64,000 nucleotides of DNA from Amoebidium appalachense (taxonomy: Eukaryota; Protista; Ichthyosporea). Where the stretch lies: the NCBI GenBank assembly GCA_963693365.1, contig CAVNZM010000002.1, positions 6,523,943 to 6,587,942 of the forward strand, written 5' to 3'. The notes beneath the pieces are model-generated. The model did not search any database and had not been told where the DNA came from. It saw only the letters and a list, made by a program, of their open reading frames with translations. The position numbers and the translations under genes were made by a program. Shown here in pieces: positions 1 to 41,377 of the stretch; within the stretch, counting starts at the first letter, position 1, and each line of letters opens with the position of its first letter.

Positions 1-5818
<5,818 letters not shown>

Positions 5819-6674
5819 TGACCAATCATATGGCACCGTTAGCCAGTACGTGGTTTATTGCATTTTGTGATTGGTCGTTGCACAGGGAGTACGTACTATT
5901 TAGGGTATCTTCTACTGGCCTAGCATGCAAGCTGGTGATGGGTGGGTGCCATTTGTATACCTATTGCAGGGTCGCAGGGTGATTCTATTCTAGAAGTGAG
6001 GAAATTTGTTGTATAAATAAACCCATACTGTCATTATGTATATAAATATCATCGACCTGTTTCACATCTCGGCAGCGGGGGGGTATGCACTTGTCTTGTA
6101 CAATAAGTTAAATAACGTGTACACATGTTTGCAGACTGGGCGTAACCCGAGTCTAGTTGAAGCCCACCTGTGCCCTTGCAAATATTAAAACACTACCCAG
6201 GCTCTGGTGGGTGCTCAGGGTGTGAAATCATTGTTATCACTGGCTGCCCCAGCCACGGCAAGACTGACCAAAATATTGTTAAGGAGTCTACATTTATGAT
6301 GTAGAGTTAAGTATACTACATTGTAGACCCCCCCCCCCCCCCCCCCCCCCCCCCCTTCCTCTCTCCCCCGGGTGCCCCGCCGGGTCTGGGGTTCCGCGCT
6401 CCACCACCCCAACCAACACCACCTACCACCCACCCAACCCTACTCATTCACCCATGGGGGAACAAGGAAAAAGGCAGCTGCAGAGGGAAAAAAGAAAAAG
6501 AACAAAGGTGGTAGGCCCAGCCTCCCAGACCTCACAGTCTTCGTGGGCCAGATCATGATCAGGAAACATGGCCTTCAGAATCTCCTAATCTGTACATACT
6601 GGTCTGCCTCTAAAGTCGGTGCGTGTGTGTGTGTATGGGGGGGGGGGGAGGGGGCGCGGGGAGGGAGGGAGGGC

Positions 6675-6718
<44 letters not shown>

Positions 6719-7347
6719 ACACATGTGTCCGTGCGTGTACGTGTGCATGTGCATCTGTGTATGTGTGTGGGGTTATTTGTGTGCCCCCCGGGGGGGGGGG
6801 GGGGGGGGGGGGAGGGGGGGGGGGGGGAGATCCATCGGTGCAGTAACCATAAGGTGGAAAATGGTATTTACTTTTAATAATATAACTATAACAGAAAGAA
6901 GCTGGTGTGCGCGCATACAGATCATTTTGCCCAACCCGCATCAAGCACTGGGTTCACAGAGATTTTACAGGACCAGTCAACATTAAAATTTGGCTGTACT
7001 GATTGGTTAAAAAAAAAAAAAAGAACCGAAAAATTAAATAGTTGAGATATTCCAACTTGATATACCGCAATCATGTCTTTTCATTTGCCTTACCCAAACA
7101 GAGAAATCAACGACCCAATCAGCAACCCTCAAAATATAATCCAAACCTCGGGTGTCCTTACCTCACTCTACACATCACCATGGCAGCAGCCAATAGAAAA
7201 CTGCAGCGGATCCATCCAACCCTCTGCCGTATTCTCACCATACTATCCAATGCACTTGCATCTACAGTAGAACATGCACTCTACTACCCACTCTACTACC
7301 ATTAAATACGACCCCCCCCCCCCCCCCCACCTCCCCCCCCCCCCCCT

Positions 7348-7380
<33 letters not shown>

Positions 7381-7517
7381 CACGGGGGGCTCCCTCCGCC
7401 ATCCTGGTTTCTAAATACATACCCACCCGCCAGCCCCCAAACACACACAAACACACACAAAAAGAAACTTCTATCCTATCCAAGTCGGATGACACACATG
7501 CGCACAAGCACAAGCAC

Positions 7518-7601
<84 letters not shown>

Positions 7602-7621
7602 CATGTACACCCTCCTCCCTT

Positions 7622-8825
7622 TCAGAAGCGCAAGAAGGCCAGCAAGCTCCTCCGCCTCCTCCTTCTCTTCTCCTTCTGCCTTCTCTTTCTCTCCTTCACA
7701 CTGTCTCCACCCTCCCCCTCCTCCTCCTCCCCCCCACTCTCCTCTTCATCTTCACTCTCATCCTCGCTCACATTGTTTAACCCCTCAGCCGCCGTAGGTT
7801 TCGCTAGTGCGGGCGAACCCGCACTTGAAGGTCGGACCCCCCCCGAATCTGCAACTGACAACCTCGCCATATCCTGGGTGGCGTTGGAAACACTCAGGCG
7901 GCCCTCGCGCGAATTTTGCTTTTTCAAGCTTGGACCCCCCTCTTTGATATACACCCGCTCAATGTTTTCCTCCCGCACATGTGCGTCCAATTGCAAGGTC
8001 GAATCTACAAAATCGTACACGGCCATGTTCTTGTGCCCCAAATCCTCCAAAATTAGCGCTATCCCCGCGGTCAACTGCGTTGCGTGGTTTGCCTTCATGG
8101 CCACCAACTTAAACTCGTTTGGAGACTCTTTCTTTGCACGCTCCATCGTCTCCCATATCCTCTCATCCTCCATTCCCAACGTGCTGTAGTTGTTGATTTG
8201 AACGATCATGTCACCGCTGCGAAACCCCGCTTTTTCGCCCACAGACCCCGGGTCTACCTCCCAAATATAGCCGTCCCCATCTCCAAACTCGATACCGAAC
8301 TCCTCTCCCTCTTTTGCTACTGCAACCTGCGTGGGTAGATGTGTTAAATGCCAAACAGGGCCCAAGGAACCAGAGACAGAGCATACCGCAGTTTCGCGTT
8401 TGTGTATGTGCGTATTGGGAAAACGGTGAAATGGGGTGGGATGAGATGGTTTGGGTGGCCGGCGTGGGGGCGGGGCCCCGGGGGGGCGCAGGGGGGGGGA
8501 GAGGGGGGGAGGGGGGGAGGGGGACGGGGGCAGGGGGGAGGGGGGGGGGGGGGGGGGGGAGCACTTGCTGTATGTGCGGGGCAACGGGAGGCTGTGTGCG
8601 CAGAGTAAAATATGACCTTGTTTGCGGCCTAAGTAATTACTATGCTGCCCTTGCGTGTGCATCTAAGATGGTTGTTCCCGGATCCCAACTGAAACTACTG
8701 TGTTACGCTGTGCATACAAAGCAGGGGCATATTTCTTTGCGTGCAACCGTAGTCTTGCCCCAAACACACAAGCACGCGAACGGCACCCACATCCACAGAC
8801 ACCAATACCCACACATGCACACATG

Positions 8826-8856
<31 letters not shown>

Positions 8857-9077
8857 ACACACGCATACACAAACACACACACACAAGCACACATCTGCCT
8901 AATCTGTGCGTCCCGCCCTGCACAAACATACACTCCACTAGTGCCACACGCTCGCGCGTGCGCGGGGGCGCGCACATACACACACACACAACTCACGCAC
9001 ACACACTTGAACACAAACCAGCAGACACACTCACAGGATCCCTTCCTCTCTTCCCCCCCCCCTTCCCCCCCTCCCCC

Positions 9078-9124
<47 letters not shown>

Positions 9125-9486
9125 CACACCTTCCTCGTCGAGGGGCACTCATCCACCTCCAGAAACACCTGTGTGGCCGCCTTCAGCTCGTCATATATTT
9201 GGTGCAGTGAAGAGGCAGAGCTTACAGCGCAGCCGTTAACCACGTGTATACGGTCACCAAACCTTAACCCAATACGGTAGGCAGCGGATATTCTATAGTC
9301 CAGACTGTGGTAGTCCACCTTAACCACATACAGGTGCTTGCTCACGGGGCAGAACAGCGCACCAAAAGGGATGTTTGCTGGTTTTCGGACTGAGATTTCT
9401 CGGTATCCAAAGGGACCCTTGCGTGCATCTTGCAAGCTCCGTGTGACTGGTTGAAGCTTCTCTGGTTTGGGAGCTGCTAGAGCCAT
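7622..9486 (-). CDS. Syntenin-like tandem PDZ protein with acidic then polybasic C-terminal extension
   Basis: Exon 9486-9130: MALAAP..REISVRK..FGALF..AYRIGLRFGDRIHVVNG..ECPSTRK. Exon 8326-7622: VAVAKEGEEFGIEF..IWEVDPGSVGEKAGFRSGDMIVQINNYSTLGMEDERI..RRRRRRSLLAFLRF*. Phase-0 GT-AG intron. GLRFGD and the PDZ1-PDZ2 linker resemble syntenin. Confidence 0.82.
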
Positions 9487-9596
9487 TTCCCTTGAAGAAA
9501 TCGTCGTTGTTTAGTATAGGTGTATTGTTTTTTTGTTCCTTTCGCTTCAAAACATGGACTTTTGAGGAGACGAGTCACAAGTTGTGTGGAGAACGA

Positions 9597-9628
9597 TTTT
9601 ATAGGGTGCACTCCTGCTATCGACCAAT
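9597..9628 (-). promoter_or_regulatory. TATA box plus CCAAT box upstream of the syntenin-like gene
   Basis: TATAAAA on the minus strand at 9597-9603, about 110 nt upstream of the ATG; CCAAT at 9624-9628. Confidence 0.45.
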
Positions 9629-10792
9629 CGGAAATGCGTGCGGCAGAAACTGACACCCCCCAGACTCTTATGTCCCCTGAGCTCACACTGATTGCCTCCG
9701 GGTTGCTATAAATTGGACGACTGGCTAGGCTACTAATTATATATTAGGCAATGTTTAAGCGTATACAATAGGTAGTTTCTCTGAAATATTTTAGATTCGA
9801 CTTTATATGGGCTATTTGTGAGCAGGGAGAATGTGGGCTATTGAATCCACCTGCTGGCAAAAACGTGAGTACGCTGTACGTACAACGCATACTATGACAT
9901 ATACAGATCGATGGTAAATTTCTCGTAAGGACTTAGATAGATGTATTTATTTATCTTCTCAGTATGCCGTGCATACTTGCATATCTTTCCGTCGAACAAA
10001 TCCAGTCAAAAGAAAAAAATATTACGTCAATTGACTATCTGTTGAACCACGGTATGTTTAACGAGTTTTCTAGGGTGTATGTTTATTTAAGTCGTTATCT
10101 CCTCCTTATCCGAGAGTGGGGGCTTTTGTATTTTCTTTTCCGAGATATCGGTGATATCTCGATGGCTTCTATTTTGTCGAGCATATCAATAAAGTCATTA
10201 TATATAAAAAAAATTCAAGTCTTTGAGACAAGGCTTCCATGAAGTTCCATCGGCTCTAGAGGACCGTTTCTATTGATGAGGCTCCAAAACATATATAGCT
10301 ATAGGTAGAACAATAATCGAGCTCAACTATATGTATTATGTGATAGAAATAAAATATTTACGTGACTGTAACGTCCTATCAATCCGAATGTTCGTGGCAA
10401 ATTCAATTAATTCATATGCCCTCTTGAACCCCTCTTCTACTAGAAGCATCAACCAATTACGTGAGTTACAAAACACCAATCAGAGAACAACTACAAACAT
10501 CTTTGCAACTTCTTAATAAAGTATTAATATCCGCTTTTTCGTTGGTAAAATGGCAAATAAGAACTTGCTTTGCGTAAGCTATACACGAATGAAACAGCCG
10601 GATGTCATGCATGCAGCATTCAACAGTGTGCAGACATAAGATCTAAAACTCTTGTAACAACCAGTACAGTGGTGACTTTGACGAAAGATACTACAGCACA
10701 TAATGAGGGGCTAGATTCTAGATTCCCGTATGCATGGCCCTATATTAGTATTCAATGGCGAGGCCCGGGTCAGCGGTGAGTTCAGGCTGCCT

Positions 10793-10834
<42 letters not shown>

Positions 10835-10849
10835 GGGGGGGCCGGGGGG

Positions 10850-11232
10850 TTGAATGCGTATACCACGTGCACGGTATACGTACGAAATACCGTGTACGCG
10901 ATGAAAAGCATGGTGCAGGACACATGCAAAACAAACACTCAAGTATGCAACATCAGCCATGCGCACAGTATTGTATGCGTCATAATTAGCCTGCAGTATG
11001 CAGAGCCCATCCTCAGGGAGGGCCCAAGTCAGATCCATTGCCCGGGGGGGGGGGGGGGGGGGGGGGTTGAATGTGTAACACGGTACGAAGTACACATACA
11101 CGGTGAAAAGCATGGTGCAGGACACATGCAAAACAAACATTCAAGTATGCAACATCAGCCATGCGCACAGTATTGTATGCGTCATAATTACAGTATGCAG
11201 AGCCCATCCTCAGGGAGGGCCTAAGTCAGATC
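10850..11232 (-). repeat. Tandem pair (~165-185 bp units) of dispersed repeat family B, each abutting a poly-G/C tract
   Basis: 10850-11034 and 11068-11232 share tgaaaagcatggtgcaggacacatgcaaaacaaaca..gcagagcccatcctcagggagggc. Related copies in the opposite orientation lie at 48722-48880 and 57113-57270. Confidence 0.85.
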
Positions 11233-12177
11233 AGTTGCTCTGGGCCGGACTGTGTCAGCAACTAAGTTATCTAATATTCTTGTTCGAGTGTTGATTAGGT
11301 AGCTGCTTTTGCATAAATTTCTCAATATTTTGCCCCACGGGCATACTTACGCACACTATGCCTATTTATATGGACAAGTACTACTGGTTTGCATGTGTTG
11401 CAATTGTCGACTACCAGCAGACTACATAGTAGGAGGGTGCTCTCATGATCAGTCATCATTTTTATTCAACAAAATCAACCGTTCAGTGTACTACAGTAAC
11501 CGCGTCAATTTAAAATTTTATCTGCTCAAAGCCATTGGCCAACTACAGTAACAGGCCCCATCCACATCAACATGTGTGTCTGACTCAGAGTCTGAAATGT
11601 TATATACACATGCATCCACGCCCTTTTGAAATATCCTATTAGTCTTCTTGGCATCTCACTGGCTGATACTATCATCAGCAAGAAAAAGAAAGAAAAAGAA
11701 AAAAGGAAAAAAAAAAGACCCTTTCCTTTTTCATCTCGGTTCATTTGTGCCTTGTTCACTTCATTCGAAATTCGAAACATCGTCCCATCATTCAGCTTCT
11801 ACTCAAGCGCTTCTGCTTCAATTATGTGCTAGTACTTCATGTATACACTGAATGACATGCTTCACCGACCACTTTTTACTCAAAACATGCATTCAAAAAT
11901 ATTACCCGTGCATCCCATCATATATTCATTTAACCCCTCGCGCTTCCCCACCCCAATAGAAAACGGGCCAAACAACTCAAAAAGGGCTCACACAGCATCA
12001 GCACTGTAACCATCAATTATTTCATTCTCACACCGCATAAGCATTTTTCCAGGATCTCCCAGACACATACTAAAACGTGATGATACCTTGAAGTTCATTC
12101 ATGCATTACTTTTACAACTTTCTGCACTGAGGCGCAGTTTTTGCACTCCACACAATGGATCCACCACGTGTACATCC

Positions 12178-36114
<23,937 letters not shown>

Positions 36115-36187
36115 TTCCCTGTTTTATGCATTTACCTACAGAAGTTGTGTTTTTATATGTAATATGTGTGTGTGTGTTTTAGAGGGA

Positions 36188-36221
<34 letters not shown>

Positions 36222-37217
36222 GGGGTAGAAAGTCTGCTCAGCTTGGTTGTAGTGTGCGAAGTAAAAAGCAGGAAAAATGAGGTTAGAGTTTGGCTACTCT
36301 TTCTTCCGTTGGCCTGGTTGTTTCAGTTAGTGACAAGTAAGCTAACTCAATCCTTGCATTCGCAGTGAATTAGGAACACTCAAAAATGTGAAGCTCAAGT
36401 CAGCTCGAGGCGCCTGTCAGTTTACAATACCTACCTGGTCACTCCCACATTGTAGTGTTTTATTGTGGAATGCGGTGGGTCTTACATAACCCATTCCTGC
36501 CACGATTGGTTGCTGTGGAATGCAGCCCCGCCTGAACAGGCTGAACCTGCATTTAAGATTTTATATTGGATTTTGATTTGTTGCATATCATGAGCAATGA
36601 TCACCTATCGTAAACCTGTTGTGCAACCCCCCCGCACAGCCGTACAGACCTGTTTGTGGCTGTGCGTTGACTTGTTACCTGTTTTCCCCTCTCTTTGCTA
36701 AAACGTAGAGAGGTACACCGGAAGTAGACACGGCTACACCGGAAGTAGACACGGATCATGGAGGTGCACATACGTACGTGTGCACACATCATATGGGGCC
36801 TTGAAAACATAGCCAATGGGCATGTACATGGGCACGTGTGTGCGCACGTGGTACACCGATACATGCGCGCGCCCAGACTTACCGGGAAGAGAGAGACCCC
36901 TCCAGGATAGCTGCAATAATTATATACTGCAACAGTAGGTATGTATCCGTGTATGCACCTTGCAGGTCCTCGAGGGGGAAAAAAATATGTGAGTTTTTTT
37001 TTGGCGTGTGTAGCTTGACGGTAAAGAATACTCTCAGGAGAGAAGGGGCCGCAAGGTGCACGTGCGTGCACGTAGAGGGGTGGAGGAGGGGAGGGGGGGG
37101 GGGGGGGGGGGAAGGGGGGGAAGAGGGGATGTGGACCGCCCGCTGCCAGTCGCCACACCGTTAACGTGCACTCCACCCATGACCACCTTCCATGCACCGT
37201 GCATGTTAACATATAGC

Positions 37218-37418
37218 TACCCACCGGCGTGGCTGGGGTTGATACCCCCGGCAAAGCCTGTACATATAGTTAGGACTGTTATGTGTGGGTTAGTTTTAGC
37301 TAATAGCATCGTAGCACCCTAGCTGGAGTACTGTCGGTGCTGAGTGGAAGACGGTAGTTCCTCCTGAGGGCCCCTAGGGGTACCTCCGGGAACAAAACGG
37401 GATAAAATAAAATAAAAA
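37218..37418 (+). mobile_element. SINE-like non-LTR insertion (family A) with (TAAAA)n tail and 16-bp TSD
   Basis: Perfect TSD catgttaacatatagc at 37202-37217 and 37419-37434. The 3' end is gggataaaataaaataaaaa. A second copy lies at 63145-63335 (minus). Confidence 0.85.
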
Positions 37419-38245
37419 CATGTTAACATATAGCCATTGTTTTAAACACCAGCGGTTACTTCTCAACTTGCCTGCGCCTATCTATCTATGCAAGTGGTGG
37501 TGGGGGGTGGGGGGTGCACGTGGGTGAGTGGGTTGGGTGGGGTAGGTGTGGTTTTCTTTTTTGTCCTCTTTTTTTTTTTTTTTTTTTTGGAGGGGGTGGG
37601 GGGGGGGGGAGGGGGGAGGGGGGGGGCGGGGGGGTTGGAGGAAGGTTCCACCTGTTCACTATCATCAGAGTATTTTTTACAACCTTATGACCATCAGAGT
37701 TGGAGACCTAATCTCCGCGCTGGAGGGAGAGCAAGGGGATGGGGACGGGGTGTACAGGGGGGTTGAGAAGGAAGGGGGTGGGGGTGGGGGGGGGGGGGGG
37801 GGGGGGTTCAGACAATTCTATTACGTCAGACCCTGTAAGGCTGTACAGGTGTACAATTGCTGTTGTGGCAGGACGTGTACATGTGGGCTTCATGGGTGTT
37901 ATAGAAACCAACAGGGACTACGAAGCATATCATCGGGATGCCGTGTACGTATGTGTGCATTTTTCGGCTTTTTTGGTGTTTTCAAAATAAAAACTAGTGT
38001 GTGCCTGCGCAATGTGCGAAGTTTTTCTTCGGAAACCATTATTGTTGTGCATGCATATGCCATCATGGTCAAAGCAATACTAGGGGTACCCCCGTACAGC
38101 CTTGTTCGAAGAACTTCAAATGTTCGCTTAGGTAGAGTTGTCTGCACATGTTAAGCACATGTTTGTTGAGACGGTACATGCACATCATGGTATACCACCA
38201 TGTGTATAGCACTTTTCTTGTTGGAGGTGGGGAGGAGGTGGTGGT

Positions 38246-38276
<31 letters not shown>

Positions 38277-38551
38277 GGGGGGACGACGGGGCGGGGAGGG
38301 GGGAGGGTGACCGGGGGGGGGGGGGGGGGGGGGGAGGGGGGGGGGGGGGGTGGAGGGGTCGGCTTGAGTGAGGGGGCAGCTTTTTTGCCTGCAGAAAGGG
38401 AAAACAGATGTGACGAACATGATCCCATTTGCCCATTTAGAGATAACCACACGGTTCTTCAGGCACATGGTTTTTTTATTCAACACTCCCTATTGGTCCC
38501 CTGTCATTGGGTTCACTCATTATACACCTCTACTGCGGGGCCAGCCCACCT

Positions 38552-39566
38552 CTACCACCACACAGTAGCCAATAGAATGGAAGCAATAAGTGCAAGCACG
38601 GTGTTTGATTGGTTGGTGTGGGCGTCGCTCTTCTTGGTGGCACTGCCGGTTTCACTGGTTGTGCTGTTGTCGCTATCTGCAACAGTCAGGGCCGTGGCAT
38701 TACCCTCCCTGCATGTGATTTGGGTGAATTGAGGTGAGTGGGTGGTGGTGGTGCATGCCATTGAATGCTTATCATGCATGTGGTAGGATGGTATGTAAGT
38801 GCCGTAAACCCCTTATGTCTGTATGCTTACACTTTTCAGGACTAGCAGTGGTCATATGTGCGTGTGTGGGTGCACGGTGCGTTTTGTGCTCTTAATGAAT
38901 ATGTATTTAAGTGTGGGTGTGAAAAATTTTCGTACGTATGTGGGTTAGGAAGAGACTGACAGAAAAAGAAGCAGAAAGGCAGCCGGGGTAAGTTCAGTCT
39001 CGTGGTAAGAGAAGGGATCATTGGGGGGGGGGGGGGGGGGGGGGGTATATGACCGAGTACTAATAAAAGTAACAAGAAAAGGCAGAGGGGTTCACGTACG
39101 CTCTATCGAGGCTCTTGAGATAATCGTCCCAGAAGAGAGGCACCCTGCCCCAGGGCCCATCGACCAGCTTGATGTCTGTGGCATAGAAGTAGCGGAACCC
39201 ATTCTTCTGTGCCGTCTGGCACTCACGGAAGGCAAACTCACGTGTAGCTCTGTACGTGTGTGTGTGGGTGGGTGGGTGTGTGTGTGTTAAGGGGAGGGGG
39301 GGGGGGGGGGGGAGGGGGGGGGGGGGGACAAGACATGGACGAAGGGGAGGGGGGGGGAATGGTTGGGTGGTTGTGGGTGTGGTTGAATGGGCGAGTGGTT
39401 GCTTGTAAGTCGGTGTGGTGTGCCTTCACGTATGCGTGTTCGTGTCACTGGGTGTGTGTGTGTGTGCATGTATCCTTGCTCAGATGGTGGGGGACACGAG
39501 AGTGGAATGGTGGGTGAATACTTTTTACAGCCGCTAATAACGATGTACGTGTGTCTGTGGGTGGGT

Positions 39567-39597
<31 letters not shown>

Positions 39598-39876
39598 GGG
39601 AGGGGAAGCGGGGGGAGGGGAGGGGGTGGTCGGTGGGTACTGTATGATCATGCAGCAAAGATAAAACGGGTGACACTTCTACACTCAGCCTTTGGTGACG
39701 GGTGTGGTGTGCATGGGGTTACTTGCATTTTACATCCCGGCCTTCCTCCCCCCTTCTCCCCCCCTCTCCCGACACACCCCCCTCCCAAAAAAAATAAAAT
39801 AAAGAATAATAAAAACTTTAAAAACAAAATGGAAAAAAAAAAGAATGACGGTTTTTTTTTTCTTTCTTTCTTTTTT

Positions 39877-39907
<31 letters not shown>

Positions 39908-40996
39908 GGGGTAACGTACGAGTGGACTACGGCAGCAGCACTGAACTCTCTGCGAGCCACAGCCTCGATGAAGGGCTCCACGTGGTCCCACTTGGGCACA
40001 TTCTGCGTAAAATTAACGTTAAAACTAAACCAATAGAGCAATCGGGATAGACTGGTGCTACTTGGGCACATCTTCCTTACACTTTATTAACGTTAAAACT
40101 AGAACCCACGAAGGGGTCTGGCTGGAGTGGTGCTACTTCGGCACATTTTCCTCAAAAGTGAAATAGAAATCAAGTAACCTCCCCACTTCAACGGCCCACA
40201 GCACACACGATTTCCATACATCCTCTCTCGAACTTTTGATCTAGTTCTACTCCACCTCACCTCCCCTCCCCCTCCCCCTCCCCCTCCTTTTTTTTTTTTT
40301 CCTCCCCCGCCACGTACCGAGCACCATGGGCCGGGGCCAAACGAGCCCATCTTCTGAGACTCAGCATCGGGCAGATTCTTGGTGCAGTTGCCGTCTGAGG
40401 GGGGGGGGGGGGGGGGGGGGAGGGGGGGGGGGGGGGGGGCAACCTCAAGTAAATGAACTGATCTTGGAATGAGGATATGACGTGTGTGTGTGTGCTTGGG
40501 GGCGGGCAGGCGCGGAGGGAGGGGGGCGGGGGGGAGTAGGGAGGGGGGCATAGAATCAGATCATCAGAACGCATATGGTGGGTGCGCTAGATGTATATTA
40601 AACGATTACAAATGGGTGCTTGGGGTATGTGCGTATGTTTAGCGTTGTGTGCGTGTGCCGGTGTGTGTGTGTGTTGAAGATGGTAGTGAGCTCGATGGGT
40701 GGGGTCGAGTGTTGTGGGGGGGATGAAAAAAGGCACAGCACGGCTTTAACTAACATATGCATCATTACCACCTTTCATACCACACATACCACACATACCA
40801 CGCATACCACAGGCACATACCATCAGGCCTCCACCTATATGCATAGTCCTCAAAGGGGATTGTGATCTCGGCAGCAACAGGGTAGCCCTCCTCCGGACTG
40901 GGCCGCATGAGTCGCAGATCGATAAACGACCCGGGGTTAAGAATCACCTTGGCATGTTGCAGCTTTTGCTTGGCTAGGTTGGTGAGCTGGGGGTTT

Positions 40997-41043
<47 letters not shown>

Positions 41044-41345
41044 GGGGGGAGAAGGGGGGAAAAGAGAGGAGGGGAGGATGGGCCAAAGGGGACGAGGTAT
41101 GGCCAAAAGAAGTAAATCAACAAGTGGTACATACACATGAAAGTAGAGGGAGGGAGAGGTGGGAGTACAGGAAGGGTTGGACGACGGGAATCAGTTATGG
41201 TTAGTGGAAAATCTATGGGTTGAACAGGGGAGGGGGTGGGGTGGGTGGGTTGGGGGGGGGGGGGGGGGGTATGGAGGATGCCAAAAGAGGTGGTATAAAT
41301 CACACGGGGGGGAAGGGGGAAGGGGGGAGTGGTGGTGGTGGTGGT

Positions 41346-41377
<32 letters not shown>

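Noticed and set aside
6215-7261. Additional coding exons of the syntenin-like gene (7261-7162, about 6584-6531, about 6287-6215)
   Set aside because: Splice-like signals exist, but no phase-consistent open chain or recognisable domain results; they may be 3'-UTR exons.
10850-11232. CRISPR-like array (also considered for 17018-17132 and 61807-61972)
   Set aside because: Eukaryotic context, degenerate tandem units with no unique spacers, and no cas genes.
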